From contig CAZNNM010000002.1 of the NCBI GenBank assembly GCA_964574415.1, forward strand, positions 311,141-375,140: DNA of 64,000 nt, read 5' to 3'. The position numbers and the translations under genes are program-made. The notes beneath the pieces were generated by a model. It searched no databases, was not told where the DNA came from, and saw only the letters and a list, made by a program, of their open reading frames with translations. Below, in pieces: positions 20,369 to 30,008 of the stretch. Origin of the DNA: an uncultured Rickettsiales bacterium (GTDB lineage: Bacteria; Pseudomonadota; Alphaproteobacteria; Rickettsiales; CAZNNM01). The stretch's first letter is position 1. Each line of letters begins with the position of its first letter.

Positions 20369-21502
20369 CTATACCGCCTGAAATGCCAGCACCGTCAAAT
20401 CATCCGCCAAATGCGCTTCGTATTCAGCATAGAAATACTGCATCACATCACTCACCAGCCCATTAGACGAAATATCGCGGCTGCTATGCACATTTTTGGT
20501 GAGGAAGGATAGCACATCATTGGCCCGTGTTTGCGATGCAGTGCGCACGAGTGCATCGCTATACAGCAATAACACATCCCCAGGCAATATCTGCACTTGT
20601 GAATTATGATACTCCGCCTCATTCACCGCCCCTATCGGGAAGCCTGTACTATCCAGTGACTCCAGCACCTGCTCACGCGCACGGATCACCAGCGGTGGCA
20701 TCGCCGCTGCACCGGAGAAGGACATTGTATGGGTTTTAGGCTCATATACCCCATAAAACATCGACGCAAACATCCCAAAAGGCAGAATATGTTTGAGTTT
20801 TTTATTAAGCACAGTAAGGTATTTTGCTGGATCATAGGCCTGAGATTTTTCTTCCATCATAATGCTATACAGCAAACTGATATTCAGCATCGTGCGTATG
20901 CCCTGGCCAGAGAAATCGTAAATAAACAACCCCATATGCTCCGAATCGAGCGGGATCATTCCCCAGAAATCGCCACCAAGAGTACTATACGGCCGGAATA
21001 CATAGCTGAGTTGGAAATGATAGGCCGCACTCAATTTCTCAATGGTTTCATGCTTCGGCACACAACTAAATTGCAAAGAACGTGCATAATTAAGTTCCGC
21101 CCGGGCTTGCGATTGCTGCGCCAGCAAATGCCGCATATGCACTTGCTGTTTTTTCCACATATGCAAATAGCTTAAAAGCTCTTCACTGCTTACCGGCGTA
21201 TGCAGTGTATTTTGTATACCTGCCATAAAGAGATTCGCACGGCTTTCGGAATTAGTATGTGCAGTGATCGTAATCATATGCACATCAACATCACGTAAAG
21301 CTTGGCCAATTTCCAGAGGATTAATCGCTAAAGAACTATCATCGATGATGACTAATTCCGGTTTTAACAGACGAACAGCATCCACCACCTCTTGACTTGA
21401 GGATGCAAAGGAAAGATTTTCATAATGCGCGGCTGCTAATGTCTGTAAGACAATTTTTTTATCTTGTGGACTCGCAATTGCCAATAAAATCAGATTATCC
21501 AT
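20369..21502 (-). CDS. REC-like domain + SpoIIE/PP2C (RsbU-type) phosphatase
   Basis: LGGDFW, YDFSGQG, LLLYSDAL, ADDLTVL PP2C motifs; degenerate N-terminal receiver. Confidence 0.85.
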   Translation of the reverse strand: MDNLILLAIASPQDKKIVLQTLAAAHYENLSFASSSQEVVDAVRLLKPELVIIDDSSLAINPLEIGQALRDVDVHMITITAHTNSESRANLFMAGIQNTLHTPVSSEELLSYLHMWKKQQVHMRHLLAQQSQARAELNYARSLQFSCVPKHETIEKLSAAYHFQLSYVFRPYSTLGGDFWGMIPLDSEHMGLFIYDFSGQGIRTMLNISLLYSIMMEEKSQAYDPAKYLTVLNKKLKHILPFGMFASMFYGVYEPKTHTMSFSGAAAMPPLVIRAREQVLESLDSTGFPIGAVNEAEYHNSQVQILPGDVLLLYSDALVRTASQTRANDVLSFLTKNVHSSRDISSNGLVSDVMQYFYAEYEAHLADDLTVLAFQAV

Positions 21503-21579
21503 CGGTCAGCTTGGTAACCTATCTTTAGCCTTTTTACAATAAGAAATTGATAGACTTCTGTATTATTACAACCTATAAG

Positions 21580-21594
21580 TTAAGGTAATATTAA
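21580..21594. promoter_or_regulatory. Putative CtrA-binding box
   Basis: Exact TTAA-N7-TTAA (TTAAGGTAATATTAA) in a divergent promoter region; AT-rich context makes a chance match possible. Confidence 0.5.
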
Positions 21595-21629
21595 TCAATC
21601 CTCTCTTATAGTAACAACTCGTATACATT

Positions 21630-22805
21630 GTGAACAAAGAAGATAATATGATTCCATCGCAGCTGTTGATTGAAGATATTTTCCAAAATCTCCCGACGCC
21701 GATAGCATTATGCACACCTGCGGCCGATATTGTGTACACCAATAAAGCCTTCGCCCAGATCGCTGCAACACAAGAAGTTCAGGATAATATACTTCACTAT
21801 TACCGCCAATTCATCACCCAAGAAGGCTGTGACGCATTGCAGGCTGCTTTGGATGACCGATCCAGTGCAGTGATTAAATGCCATAAAATAAAAAACGGCC
21901 ACGCACATCAACCCATGATGCTATGCGTGCATTTCTTCCATCATCAAGAAACGCATACCGATTATAATATCGTGATGGAAATCCCACTTAGTGAAGTGTT
22001 AGGCCATGCCAGTATGGGTCATCGCTCTTTTGCAGGGTATACCGTACTTCTCGTAGAAGATAACACCACCAACCAGCAAATTACCTCAGCAATGCTAGAA
22101 GAAATGGGGGTGACATGTATGGTAGTAGGCGATGGGGATGAGGCTGTGGTTACAGCAAAAGAACAGCATTTTGATCTCATTCTCATGGATATCAACATGC
22201 CCCATAAACGCGGCCAGGAAGCTGCGCGTGATATCCGCCGCTGGGAAGAACAAACCCAGCATGGCCCCGTCCCTATTATCGCACTGACAGGCTATGAAGA
22301 ATTCGTTCGCAATATGGCCTATCTGGAAGCTACGATCAATGACTACTTACGCAAACCTGTATCCTATGAAACACTCTATAACAAACTGGATATGTGGCTG
22401 CCACAAGCAGATGATAGCAATGGCCATGCTATAAAAGCAGATAAATTTGCCTCTGATACACCGTTGGTGAACGATAAAGTTCTCAGTGAAACACTGATGA
22501 TGGTTGGCGCACAAGCCCAGCGCTTTGTAGAGAGCTTCATCCATGATACCGAAAGCCATTTAGCGCAACTGGATCACTTCATCCAGAACCGTCACTACGA
22601 CCAATTACACGATTTCGCCCACTCGCTCAAATCCGCCGCGGGCTATCTAGGCTGCGATGCACTGGTAGTTATCGCCAGCGATATTGAACATAAAACCATG
22701 AACAAAATCTATTTCGGCATAGAACCCCTTATTGCTAATCTCCGTGAAGAGTTTGTGAAGACGAAGGAGTATTTGGTGGGGTATGTGGGGAGGATGAGAG
22801 GGTAG
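21630..22805 (+). CDS. PAS-like + REC + HPt phosphorelay protein with no kinase core
   Basis: VLLVEDN, LILMDINMP, KPVS receiver; AHSLKSAAGYLG HPt motif. Confidence 0.85.
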   Translation: MNKEDNMIPSQLLIEDIFQNLPTPIALCTPAADIVYTNKAFAQIAATQEVQDNILHYYRQFITQEGCDALQAALDDRSSAVIKCHKIKNGHAHQPMMLCVHFFHHQETHTDYNIVMEIPLSEVLGHASMGHRSFAGYTVLLVEDNTTNQQITSAMLEEMGVTCMVVGDGDEAVVTAKEQHFDLILMDINMPHKRGQEAARDIRRWEEQTQHGPVPIIALTGYEEFVRNMAYLEATINDYLRKPVSYETLYNKLDMWLPQADDSNGHAIKADKFASDTPLVNDKVLSETLMMVGAQAQRFVESFIHDTESHLAQLDHFIQNRHYDQLHDFAHSLKSAAGYLGCDALVVIASDIEHKTMNKIYFGIEPLIANLREEFVKTKEYLVGYVGRMRG

Positions 22806-22809
22806 GGAG

Positions 22810-22935
22810 CAGGATTCAGGAGAGGGTGGCACAACTAGAATAGTGGTCAACTATTTCTCTTATAATTCAGAAGTTTTCTGCGGCTTCTTAACACGAAAAA
22901 AACCTCTGAATCCTGAATCCCGAATCCTGGATCCT
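22810..22935. repeat. Family-D heptamer inverted repeat between convergent genes
   Basis: 22903-22929 is the exact reverse complement of the 27-mer at 3367 and 35906; short opposite arm at 22810. Confidence 0.8.
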
Positions 22936-22937
22936 AC

Positions 22938-23111
22938 TCAACAACACCTCTTCACCCCCTCCCATTTCCGTGCCTGGTATTGGCGGTAGAAGGCCTTACG
23001 GGTTAGGGGTGGTTGGTCAGGGTGATGTTCGTGATGATGTACAAGATAACGCTCATATGCATCATCCCCGGTGATACGGCGAAGCGCTTGCCAGATTTTA
23101 TTCCACAGCAT
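22938..23111 (-). CDS. YbdD/YjiX-family (DUF466) CstA-associated protein
   Basis: GDDAYERYL.H....HPD.P ... RCC terminus; overlaps cstA end. Confidence 0.88.
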   Translation of the reverse strand: MLWNKIWQALRRITGDDAYERYLVHHHEHHPDQPPLTRKAFYRQYQARKWEGVKRCC

Positions 23112-25131
23112 AGGCATAGGATGCCTTTCCAAGCGCAATATGCTTCATGCAGCTGCGTAGTGTCTCCACAATGATAATCCATAACACAGCCACAAATACC
23201 ACACTCAAAATCAACACCACATATTGGTTAAACATCAACTGCCCTGCAATGGCTGCTTTCTCAGGCGGCAATGCACCTGCTGCCATTTTAGCCGATAAAT
23301 CACGAATGCTTGCCAGCACGCCGATGCGTGTATCATCACTCGTTAAACGCTGCCAGGCAGCCGTTGTGGTGATCATTGCAAGCCAGGTAAGCGGTAGAAC
23401 GGTTACCCCTATATAACGTAGCTTATCCGTTTTCACTAAGAAACATGTTCCTACACAAAGCGCAATACCCGCTAGCACTTGGTTAGACAGGCCAAATAAT
23501 GGCCAGAGCATATTCACCCCGCCATTGGGATCAATCACCCCCACATAGAGGAAATATCCCCAGCCCGCCACCACCGCAGCGCTGGTGAGAATGACGGCAG
23601 GATACCAATGGGTACGACCGAGGGGAGCATAGATATTGCCAAGTAAATCTTGCAGCATGAAACGGCCTACGCGTGTGCCAGCATCCAATGTCGTGAGGAT
23701 GAAGACCGCTTCAAACATAATGGCAAAATGATACCAAATCGCCAGTAAATGATCCCCAAACGCATTGCCAAAAATACTCGCCATACCCACCGCCAAAGAC
23801 GGCGCGCCGCCAGTACGGCCGAACAGGGTGGATTCACCGATACGTGTGGCGAGATTATTCATATACTCCACAGTCACAGGAAAGCCCCAGCCATTAATCG
23901 TCGCCACCGCATCTGCCGGCAAGGCGCCCACAATGCCTGCTGGGCTGTTAATAGCAAAGAACACGCCTGGCTCTAAAATCGTAGCCGCAATCAACGCCAT
24001 CACCGCCACAAAAGATTCCACCGCCATACTGCCATAGCCAATCAGGCAGATGTCTCTTTCATTGGTAATCAATTTCGGCGTCGTGCCAGAGGCAATCAAT
24101 GCATGGAAGCCTGACACAGCACCACATGCAATGGTGATGAACATGAATGGGAATACTTTCCCAGCAAAAATCGGGCCAGTCCCATCAATAAATTGCGTGA
24201 GCGCTGGCATATGGATGGTCGGGCGCAGCACAATAATGGCAACAGCAAGCAACGTAATCGTCCCCAGTTTAAGGAAAGTGGAGAGATAATCGCGCGGAGC
24301 CAGCAATAACCACACCGGCATCACCGCCGCCAAGAAACCATAAGCAATAATGCCCCAAGCCAGCGTTAAACCATCATGATCAAATAACGGGCGTAGCACA
24401 TCATTTTCCTGCACCCATTGTCCACCCAGTACACAGCCTAGCATGAGCGCAAAACCAATCACCGAGGCTTCCAACACACGCCCTGGGCGTAAATGGCGCA
24501 AATAGATACCGATAAACATCGCCACCGGAATGGTTGCCGCTACGGTAAACGTCCCCCAGGCACTGTGTTTCATAGCATTTACGACCACCAGGCCTAAAAC
24601 GGAAATCAAGATGATCATAATCATCAGCGTGCCAAACAACGCCGCAACGCCGCCCATCATGCCCAAATGTTCTTTCGCCATCTGGCCCAGGGTTTTGCCT
24701 TTATTGCGTAATGAGAAGAACAGGATAACCATATCCTGCACGCAACCGCCTAATACCGCGCCTACCAGAATCCACAATATGCCAGGGAGATAGCCAAACT
24801 GTGCCGCAAGTGTTGGGCCAATCAGCGGGCCAGGGCCAGCGATTGCCGCGAAATGGTGGCCGAAGACGATCCATTTATTCGTCGGCACATAATCACGCCC
24901 ATCATTATAGGCCACTGCCGGTGTGATGCGGTTTTCATCGATGATGAGGAGTTTGACAGCAATCCAGGTGCTATAAAAGCGATAGGCAATGGCATACACA
25001 CAGACTGCCGCCACAATCAGCCATATACTATTGATTTCTTCACCACGATGCAGCGCTATCCCTCCTAATGCCAATGTTGCGATGATCACGATCGAAATCC
25101 ACAGCAAAGCAGGGAGAATGCGCTTAGTCAT
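23098..25131 (-). CDS. cstA: Carbon starvation protein CstA (peptide/pyruvate transporter)
   Basis: GHHFAAIAGPGPLIGP, APRDYLS, ITIACGAVSGFHA, LDAGTRVGRF, WPLFG. Confidence 0.95.
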   Translation of the reverse strand: MTKRILPALLWISIVIIATLALGGIALHRGEEINSIWLIVAAVCVYAIAYRFYSTWIAVKLLIIDENRITPAVAYNDGRDYVPTNKWIVFGHHFAAIAGPGPLIGPTLAAQFGYLPGILWILVGAVLGGCVQDMVILFFSLRNKGKTLGQMAKEHLGMMGGVAALFGTLMIMIILISVLGLVVVNAMKHSAWGTFTVAATIPVAMFIGIYLRHLRPGRVLEASVIGFALMLGCVLGGQWVQENDVLRPLFDHDGLTLAWGIIAYGFLAAVMPVWLLLAPRDYLSTFLKLGTITLLAVAIIVLRPTIHMPALTQFIDGTGPIFAGKVFPFMFITIACGAVSGFHALIASGTTPKLITNERDICLIGYGSMAVESFVAVMALIAATILEPGVFFAINSPAGIVGALPADAVATINGWGFPVTVEYMNNLATRIGESTLFGRTGGAPSLAVGMASIFGNAFGDHLLAIWYHFAIMFEAVFILTTLDAGTRVGRFMLQDLLGNIYAPLGRTHWYPAVILTSAAVVAGWGYFLYVGVIDPNGGVNMLWPLFGLSNQVLAGIALCVGTCFLVKTDKLRYIGVTVLPLTWLAMITTTAAWQRLTSDDTRIGVLASIRDLSAKMAAGALPPEKAAIAGQLMFNQYVVLILSVVFVAVLWIIIVETLRSCMKHIALGKASYAYAVE

Positions 25132-25142
25132 AGTCTATTATC

Positions 25143-26453
25143 CTATAGGCTGGTGCGAGGCAGTAGCTGAGGCGTTTGCCAGATGAGGCTATCAAATGCA
25201 TCGCATTGTTTGCAATTCACCGTCCAGACCAGCGCAGCGTCATAATGACACTCCCCGCATATCCAGGATGAATCCTTAGGCGCCGTTGCAGCACGGCTCA
25301 ACCATTCTTGAATAATATCTGGCGATGCATTTTCGCGCTTCTCAATCTCCGCCAATAAGCTATACGCCGTCATAGAAGGACGCAACGTAATCACCACTTT
25401 CAAATGGTTACGCGCCTTGCTATAGAAACCTGCCTCAATACATTGCTGCGCAATGGCCAAATGGCTATCAGGATGGTTTGGCTGTGTTTTGGTGAGCTGT
25501 TCAATACGCTGCACTTTCTTCTCTGCCGATTCGCTTAAATAGGCTGAAAGATAGACAGGCACCACAGTTGGATGCGGGTGGCGTTTCCAGATTTTGAGCA
25601 AGAGCTTCAGCGCCTTGCTGCGTCCACCGTCATTGAGTAGTAAATACGCATAAGCAACCGTCAACGGTACGAAGTCAGGGATATAGCGATAAGCGCTTTC
25701 CGCATAATGCAGCGCACCCGTGAAATCACCTGCTTCCTTCGCCTTCAAGCATTGCGCAAATTGCAGAATACCATATTGACGCTTCAGCGATTCACCCGCC
25801 CATTTCTGACGCTTCACCGTGCCACGCAGCGCATCAATCGCCAGTGACCATTGTTTATTCTGGATATAAAGCTTGGATAACACCGGAGTAACCCAATTCG
25901 CATGTGGATTCAAACGGTTCGCACGTTCCGCCAAAGTATAGGCCTCATCCACATCACCTTTTTTCTGCGCTTGCAATAACAAGCCTTTCAGGCCGATAAG
26001 TTCGGTGTCTTTATTATCCAGCAACATAGAAAGATAACGCTCTGTGCTTGTATCATCCCCTTCCAGTTGCGCCGCCTGCATGCGCAGCAGCAATGTCAGT
26101 GATGTTTCGCCTAGGCCTGCTTCTGCCTGACGAATAAGCTTTTTAGCATTGGCCACATCGCCAGAAGCAATACACGCAAACCCGCGTGTAAGCGCTACTA
26201 AACCACGGTCTTTTTTGAGCAAGCTATGGTAGTTACGGTAACGGCGCGGCGCCGTATAGAGCCAATAGACCGCCAACGTCAAAAACGTCGCAAGCCCTGT
26301 CAGCACTACGAAAGCAAGGATTGCAAAGGCAAGAGAGGTCTCGATATTATAACCGAGCCAGGTAATGGCCAGTGCGCCATTATGCTCCAATAACCAATTG
26401 CCCCCTAATGCACAGAGGAAGAGAAAGGTGATAAATAACAGAATACGGATCAT
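25143..26453 (-). CDS. hemY: HemY_N/TPR membrane protein (alphaproteobacterial hemY-like)
   Basis: Two N-terminal TMs, TPR-like helices, C-terminal WICGEC...C zinc motif; last gene of the hemC-hemD-COG4223 cluster. Confidence 0.8.
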   Translation of the reverse strand: MIRILLFITFLFLCALGGNWLLEHNGALAITWLGYNIETSLAFAILAFVVLTGLATFLTLAVYWLYTAPRRYRNYHSLLKKDRGLVALTRGFACIASGDVANAKKLIRQAEAGLGETSLTLLLRMQAAQLEGDDTSTERYLSMLLDNKDTELIGLKGLLLQAQKKGDVDEAYTLAERANRLNPHANWVTPVLSKLYIQNKQWSLAIDALRGTVKRQKWAGESLKRQYGILQFAQCLKAKEAGDFTGALHYAESAYRYIPDFVPLTVAYAYLLLNDGGRSKALKLLLKIWKRHPHPTVVPVYLSAYLSESAEKKVQRIEQLTKTQPNHPDSHLAIAQQCIEAGFYSKARNHLKVVITLRPSMTAYSLLAEIEKRENASPDIIQEWLSRAATAPKDSSWICGECHYDAALVWTVNCKQCDAFDSLIWQTPQLLPRTSL

Positions 26454-26470
26454 AAATTACGTATACAGGA

Positions 26471-27490
26471 TTATACCCCTGGCTCCTCTATATTGCTGCC
26501 TTTGAGGACATTGGTGTATAAAGTGTTCACGGCATTTTGCGCCACGAAATAGTTATTCGCTGCTTTGATCCAATCTGCTGCTTTTGCGGCGGATTCACCT
26601 TGCAGATTGCGCAATTCCTGCACAGCTGCAGATAAATCATTCTTACGCAGTTTTGCTTCCGCACGGGCAATAATATCTTCGGACGTTGTGCCTTTGGTAT
26701 CTTCACCTACTTTGCGCACCTTCACCACGCCAGACAGGGAGGTAATTAAGCTACCAATTGTGGTGGTTTTCTCTTCAGCATTGTCTGGTTTTGCATGATT
26801 CGCCAGTGGGATAATCTCACGGTTAAAACGTTCTTTTAACTGATCAATATTCTCCACACCACCTTCAGCAAATTTGCCCAGCACGCGTGCATTGGTTTTC
26901 ACAAACGGGTTGCTTTCACCCAGCACTTCTACCGATGCCAATTGCTCGCTAAACGGCTTGCCTTTATTAACATTCTCACGCAGGTCAGACACTGCTACTA
27001 CTAAGGAAGACAGATTACTACGACGGGTATTAGCCACCACTGCTTTATCCACAGAAGACACACGACCTTCCAGTTTTTCTACCTTGGCCTTCAACTCAGC
27101 AATCGTTGTGTTCTTATTGATTTCCTGACTAATCTGCTCCGCCCCTACAGGAGTAGCGCCCGCAACAGAAGCAATATTGGTATTCAGCGATGTCAATTGC
27201 GCCTCAAGCACATTCACACGCTCTACCAAGCTTTGTGTTGCCGCTGCTTGCTCACCTTCACCGGAGGAAGAAGAGGCTGGAGATGCAGTCAATTCAGAGA
27301 GTTGCGCTTGCAGCGCCTCATAGCGTTCCCATAAATAATTACCGCCATAAGCCACCACAGCCCAGGTTGCTACCAGCAAGAGGAATAAAAATCCCACACC
27401 CGCACCGGAACGTTTTACCGTCACTGTTTTCACTTCTACAGCAGATTCTTGCTCTGGTGTAGGAACTGTTTGATTTTGTGTATCAGTCAT
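26471..27490 (-). CDS. COG4223 / mitofilin-domain protein (alphaproteobacterial Mic60 homolog)
   Basis: N-terminal TM, long coiled coil, C-terminal IIARAEAKLRKNDLSAAVQEL...DWI..A signature; between hemD and hemY. Confidence 0.75.
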   Translation of the reverse strand: MTDTQNQTVPTPEQESAVEVKTVTVKRSGAGVGFLFLLLVATWAVVAYGGNYLWERYEALQAQLSELTASPASSSSGEGEQAAATQSLVERVNVLEAQLTSLNTNIASVAGATPVGAEQISQEINKNTTIAELKAKVEKLEGRVSSVDKAVVANTRRSNLSSLVVAVSDLRENVNKGKPFSEQLASVEVLGESNPFVKTNARVLGKFAEGGVENIDQLKERFNREIIPLANHAKPDNAEEKTTTIGSLITSLSGVVKVRKVGEDTKGTTSEDIIARAEAKLRKNDLSAAVQELRNLQGESAAKAADWIKAANNYFVAQNAVNTLYTNVLKGSNIEEPGV

Positions 27491-27550
27491 TTATCGTACC
27501 TTAATAAGTTTCGCTGCCCTGATTATAGCGCAATGCTCAAAATTATAAAC

Positions 27551-28207
27551 TCAAAAATTGCACAATATCGCAACTAATGTATCTGTAGTTGGCGCATCGG
27601 CTGCCACTATGGATTTCCACGGATACGCTTTGCAGCTTTCCGCAATCGCTTCGCTTAAGCAATAGGCCGTCATCTTGCTTATATCCCAGTCATATTTTTC
27701 CACCATCGCATGAAAGGTTTGTGCTGTACGGATGGAATACAAAATAACCCCATGCAAACTCTCACATCCCATTGCTTTTTCAAGCTCTGGAGAGGCATCC
27801 GTCACACTATGTGCCTTATAGGTAACGACACGCTCCACATGTGCTGGAAATTCGCGCGAAATATCCGCACCTGAGAGATATAAAAACCGCCCATTGGCAG
27901 GGATACGAGGCAAAAGCGTGGCAGCATCTTGGGCTATAACAGCAATATCCGTATAACCACAGTGCTCTGCATAGCTTGCCGTTTCCTCGCCTACGCAAAA
28001 TAGAGGCAGATGCTTCGGACATTCAGCATAACGCACAGCATTGCGGCTGGTCATAATCAATCCATCATATTGCCCAGCTATCACATGCGGCACAGCTTCA
28101 ATCCGTAACATCGGATGAATAAGGCTAGTGATACCACATTGCGCAAGACGTGCGGCCAGTAATTCTGCATCCGGCTGTGGACGGGTGATGAGGAGATGTA
28201 GGGTCAT
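27551..28207 (-). CDS. hemD: Uroporphyrinogen-III synthase
   Basis: LITRPQPD, TSRNAV, CVGEETA, YSIRTA; coupled to hemC. Confidence 0.9.
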   Translation of the reverse strand: MTLHLLITRPQPDAELLAARLAQCGITSLIHPMLRIEAVPHVIAGQYDGLIMTSRNAVRYAECPKHLPLFCVGEETASYAEHCGYTDIAVIAQDAATLLPRIPANGRFLYLSGADISREFPAHVERVVTYKAHSVTDASPELEKAMGCESLHGVILYSIRTAQTFHAMVEKYDWDISKMTAYCLSEAIAESCKAYPWKSIVAADAPTTDTLVAILCNF

Positions 28208-29115
28208 GATAATAACGCTTTAGCACCACGTGCTAATAACTCATCCGCCGCCTCACGACCCATCGCATAAGCATCTGAAATCGCACCATGTTTTTCAGTT
28301 TTATAGGTAACACCACCATCAGGCGCCATAATACTGGTACGCAGATACAGCCCCTCTCCTTCACGGATCGCAAACGCCGCAATCGGCGTGCGGCAAGAGC
28401 CTTCTAAGCGCTCTAAGAATGCACGTTCGGCGGTGACGCATATGCCTGTTTGCTTATCATGCAGCAGCGCCAATAACTCTGCTACGGCATCATCACCTTC
28501 ACAACGCTGTACCCCTATCGCCCCTTGCGCCACGGCAGGAAGCAGGAGGTTATCATCAATCACCGAGGTGATCACATCCGCCATTCCTAACCGGTTCAAG
28601 CCTGCTACCGCAAGAATCGTGGCATCCGCTACGCCCTCTTCCAATTTTTGCAAGCGCGTCAGCACATTGCCACGGAAAGGTACAATCATCAGATCAGGAC
28701 GGATGGTTTTGATAGCCGCTAAGCGGCGTGATGAGGATGTCCCCACCACCGCACCTGCTGGCATATCTTGCAAGGTCTTATATTTCTTTGAAATAAACGC
28801 ATCACGAGGATTTTCGCGCGGCAATAGACAATCAATCACCAACCCTTCCGGCGAAAGTGCTGGCACATCTTTCATCGAATGCACCGCAATATCCACATCA
28901 CCGCTCAGCAATGCCTCTTCGATTTCCTTGGTGAACAACCCTTTGCCACCAATTTCCGTCAAATTCTGATGCAGAATCGCATCACCTGTGGTTTTGATCG
29001 GTACAATCGTAATATCAAGCGCAGCGCGCACCGCCAGCAACCGCCTCTTCACCTCTTCTGCTTGCGCAAGCGCAAGCTTGCTGCCGCGTGTGCCAATACG
29101 TATAGACCGTGTCAT
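28204..29115 (-). CDS. hemC: Hydroxymethylbilane synthase
   Basis: IGTRGSKLALAQ, GKGLFTKE, AVHSMKD, GTSSSRR, RGNVLTRL, LEGSCRTPI. Confidence 0.97.
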   Translation of the reverse strand: MTRSIRIGTRGSKLALAQAEEVKRRLLAVRAALDITIVPIKTTGDAILHQNLTEIGGKGLFTKEIEEALLSGDVDIAVHSMKDVPALSPEGLVIDCLLPRENPRDAFISKKYKTLQDMPAGAVVGTSSSRRLAAIKTIRPDLMIVPFRGNVLTRLQKLEEGVADATILAVAGLNRLGMADVITSVIDDNLLLPAVAQGAIGVQRCEGDDAVAELLALLHDKQTGICVTAERAFLERLEGSCRTPIAAFAIREGEGLYLRTSIMAPDGGVTYKTEKHGAISDAYAMGREAADELLARGAKALLS

Positions 29116-30008
29116 AACCAGCTACTCACCAATTGCGGTTGCTCTCCCAAAGTGAGTGTAGACGGCATACCAAAAGGCAGCGGATCATTGCGTGTGCCAT
29201 GGCCGATATACGGCAAGCGTAACACTGGAATATCCATCGTCTCCGCAAAGCGGTGCAGCGCATAGACTACACCTGCATCCTCCTCCGTTGAATCCATCGA
29301 TTCCAAACAATCTCCGAGCAATACCGCCTTAGCTTTTGCAAACACGCCAGCCTGTTTGAGGTGATTGAGCATACGGTCAATCCGGTAGCCCTTCTCACCG
29401 ATTTCCTCCAGGAAAATAATCGTATCCGTACCATCAATCTGCCAATCTGTTGCCAGGCTGGTTTGTACGATAGAGAGATTTCCACCTGTAATCGGCGCAG
29501 TGACCGTGCCTTGCCGTTTTGCGGCTTCGTTAATAGGCGTGAGTGCAAACTGGCATTTATTGATGCGGTGTTCCAGCAATCCGAATAATGTCTCCACCGA
29601 ATGTGTCGCAATGCGGTTTAAGCCTAATTGATAGAGCACTGGCGCATGCAACGTCTTCCAACCCCAACGTTGGCGGGCGAATAAATGCAGCACGGTGATA
29701 TCGCTAAATCCAATCAAAGTTTTTTCGCGTGTAGGCTTTAGCGTCTCCAACATTGGCACTAACCGCGCACAGCCATAACCACCACGCAAACACCAAAGAA
29801 TATCCGAATCGGGCGCCAGCAATGCTTCCTTAAAATGCTCAAAACGCAGCGCATCTGTCTGTGCATGATAGAATTCTTTATTACGGAACAGCACTTCCGC
29901 AATACGCGGCGTATAGCCTTGCGCTTTCAAAAATGCCGAGGCAGCATACATCTCATCTGCGGTAGAACCGGATGCCGGTGCTACGATATCCACAATCTTA
30001 GATGTCAT
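29112..30008 (-). CDS. LD-carboxypeptidase (peptidase S66)
   Basis: RGGYG, GFSDIT nucleophile motif, GGNLS, FLEEIGE, IGHG. Confidence 0.9.
   Translation of the reverse strand: MTSKIVDIVAPASGSTADEMYAASAFLKAQGYTPRIAEVLFRNKEFYHAQTDALRFEHFKEALLAPDSDILWCLRGGYGCARLVPMLETLKPTREKTLIGFSDITVLHLFARQRWGWKTLHAPVLYQLGLNRIATHSVETLFGLLEHRINKCQFALTPINEAAKRQGTVTAPITGGNLSIVQTSLATDWQIDGTDTIIFLEEIGEKGYRIDRMLNHLKQAGVFAKAKAVLLGDCLESMDSTEEDAGVVYALHRFAETMDIPVLRLPYIGHGTRNDPLPFGMPSTLTLGEQPQLVSSWL

Noticed and set aside
22935-22950. Selenocysteine read-through in the YbdD/YjiX protein
   Set aside because: It already ends Cys-Cys before TGA, and the sequence after the stop is a family-D repeat rather than a SECIS-like hairpin.
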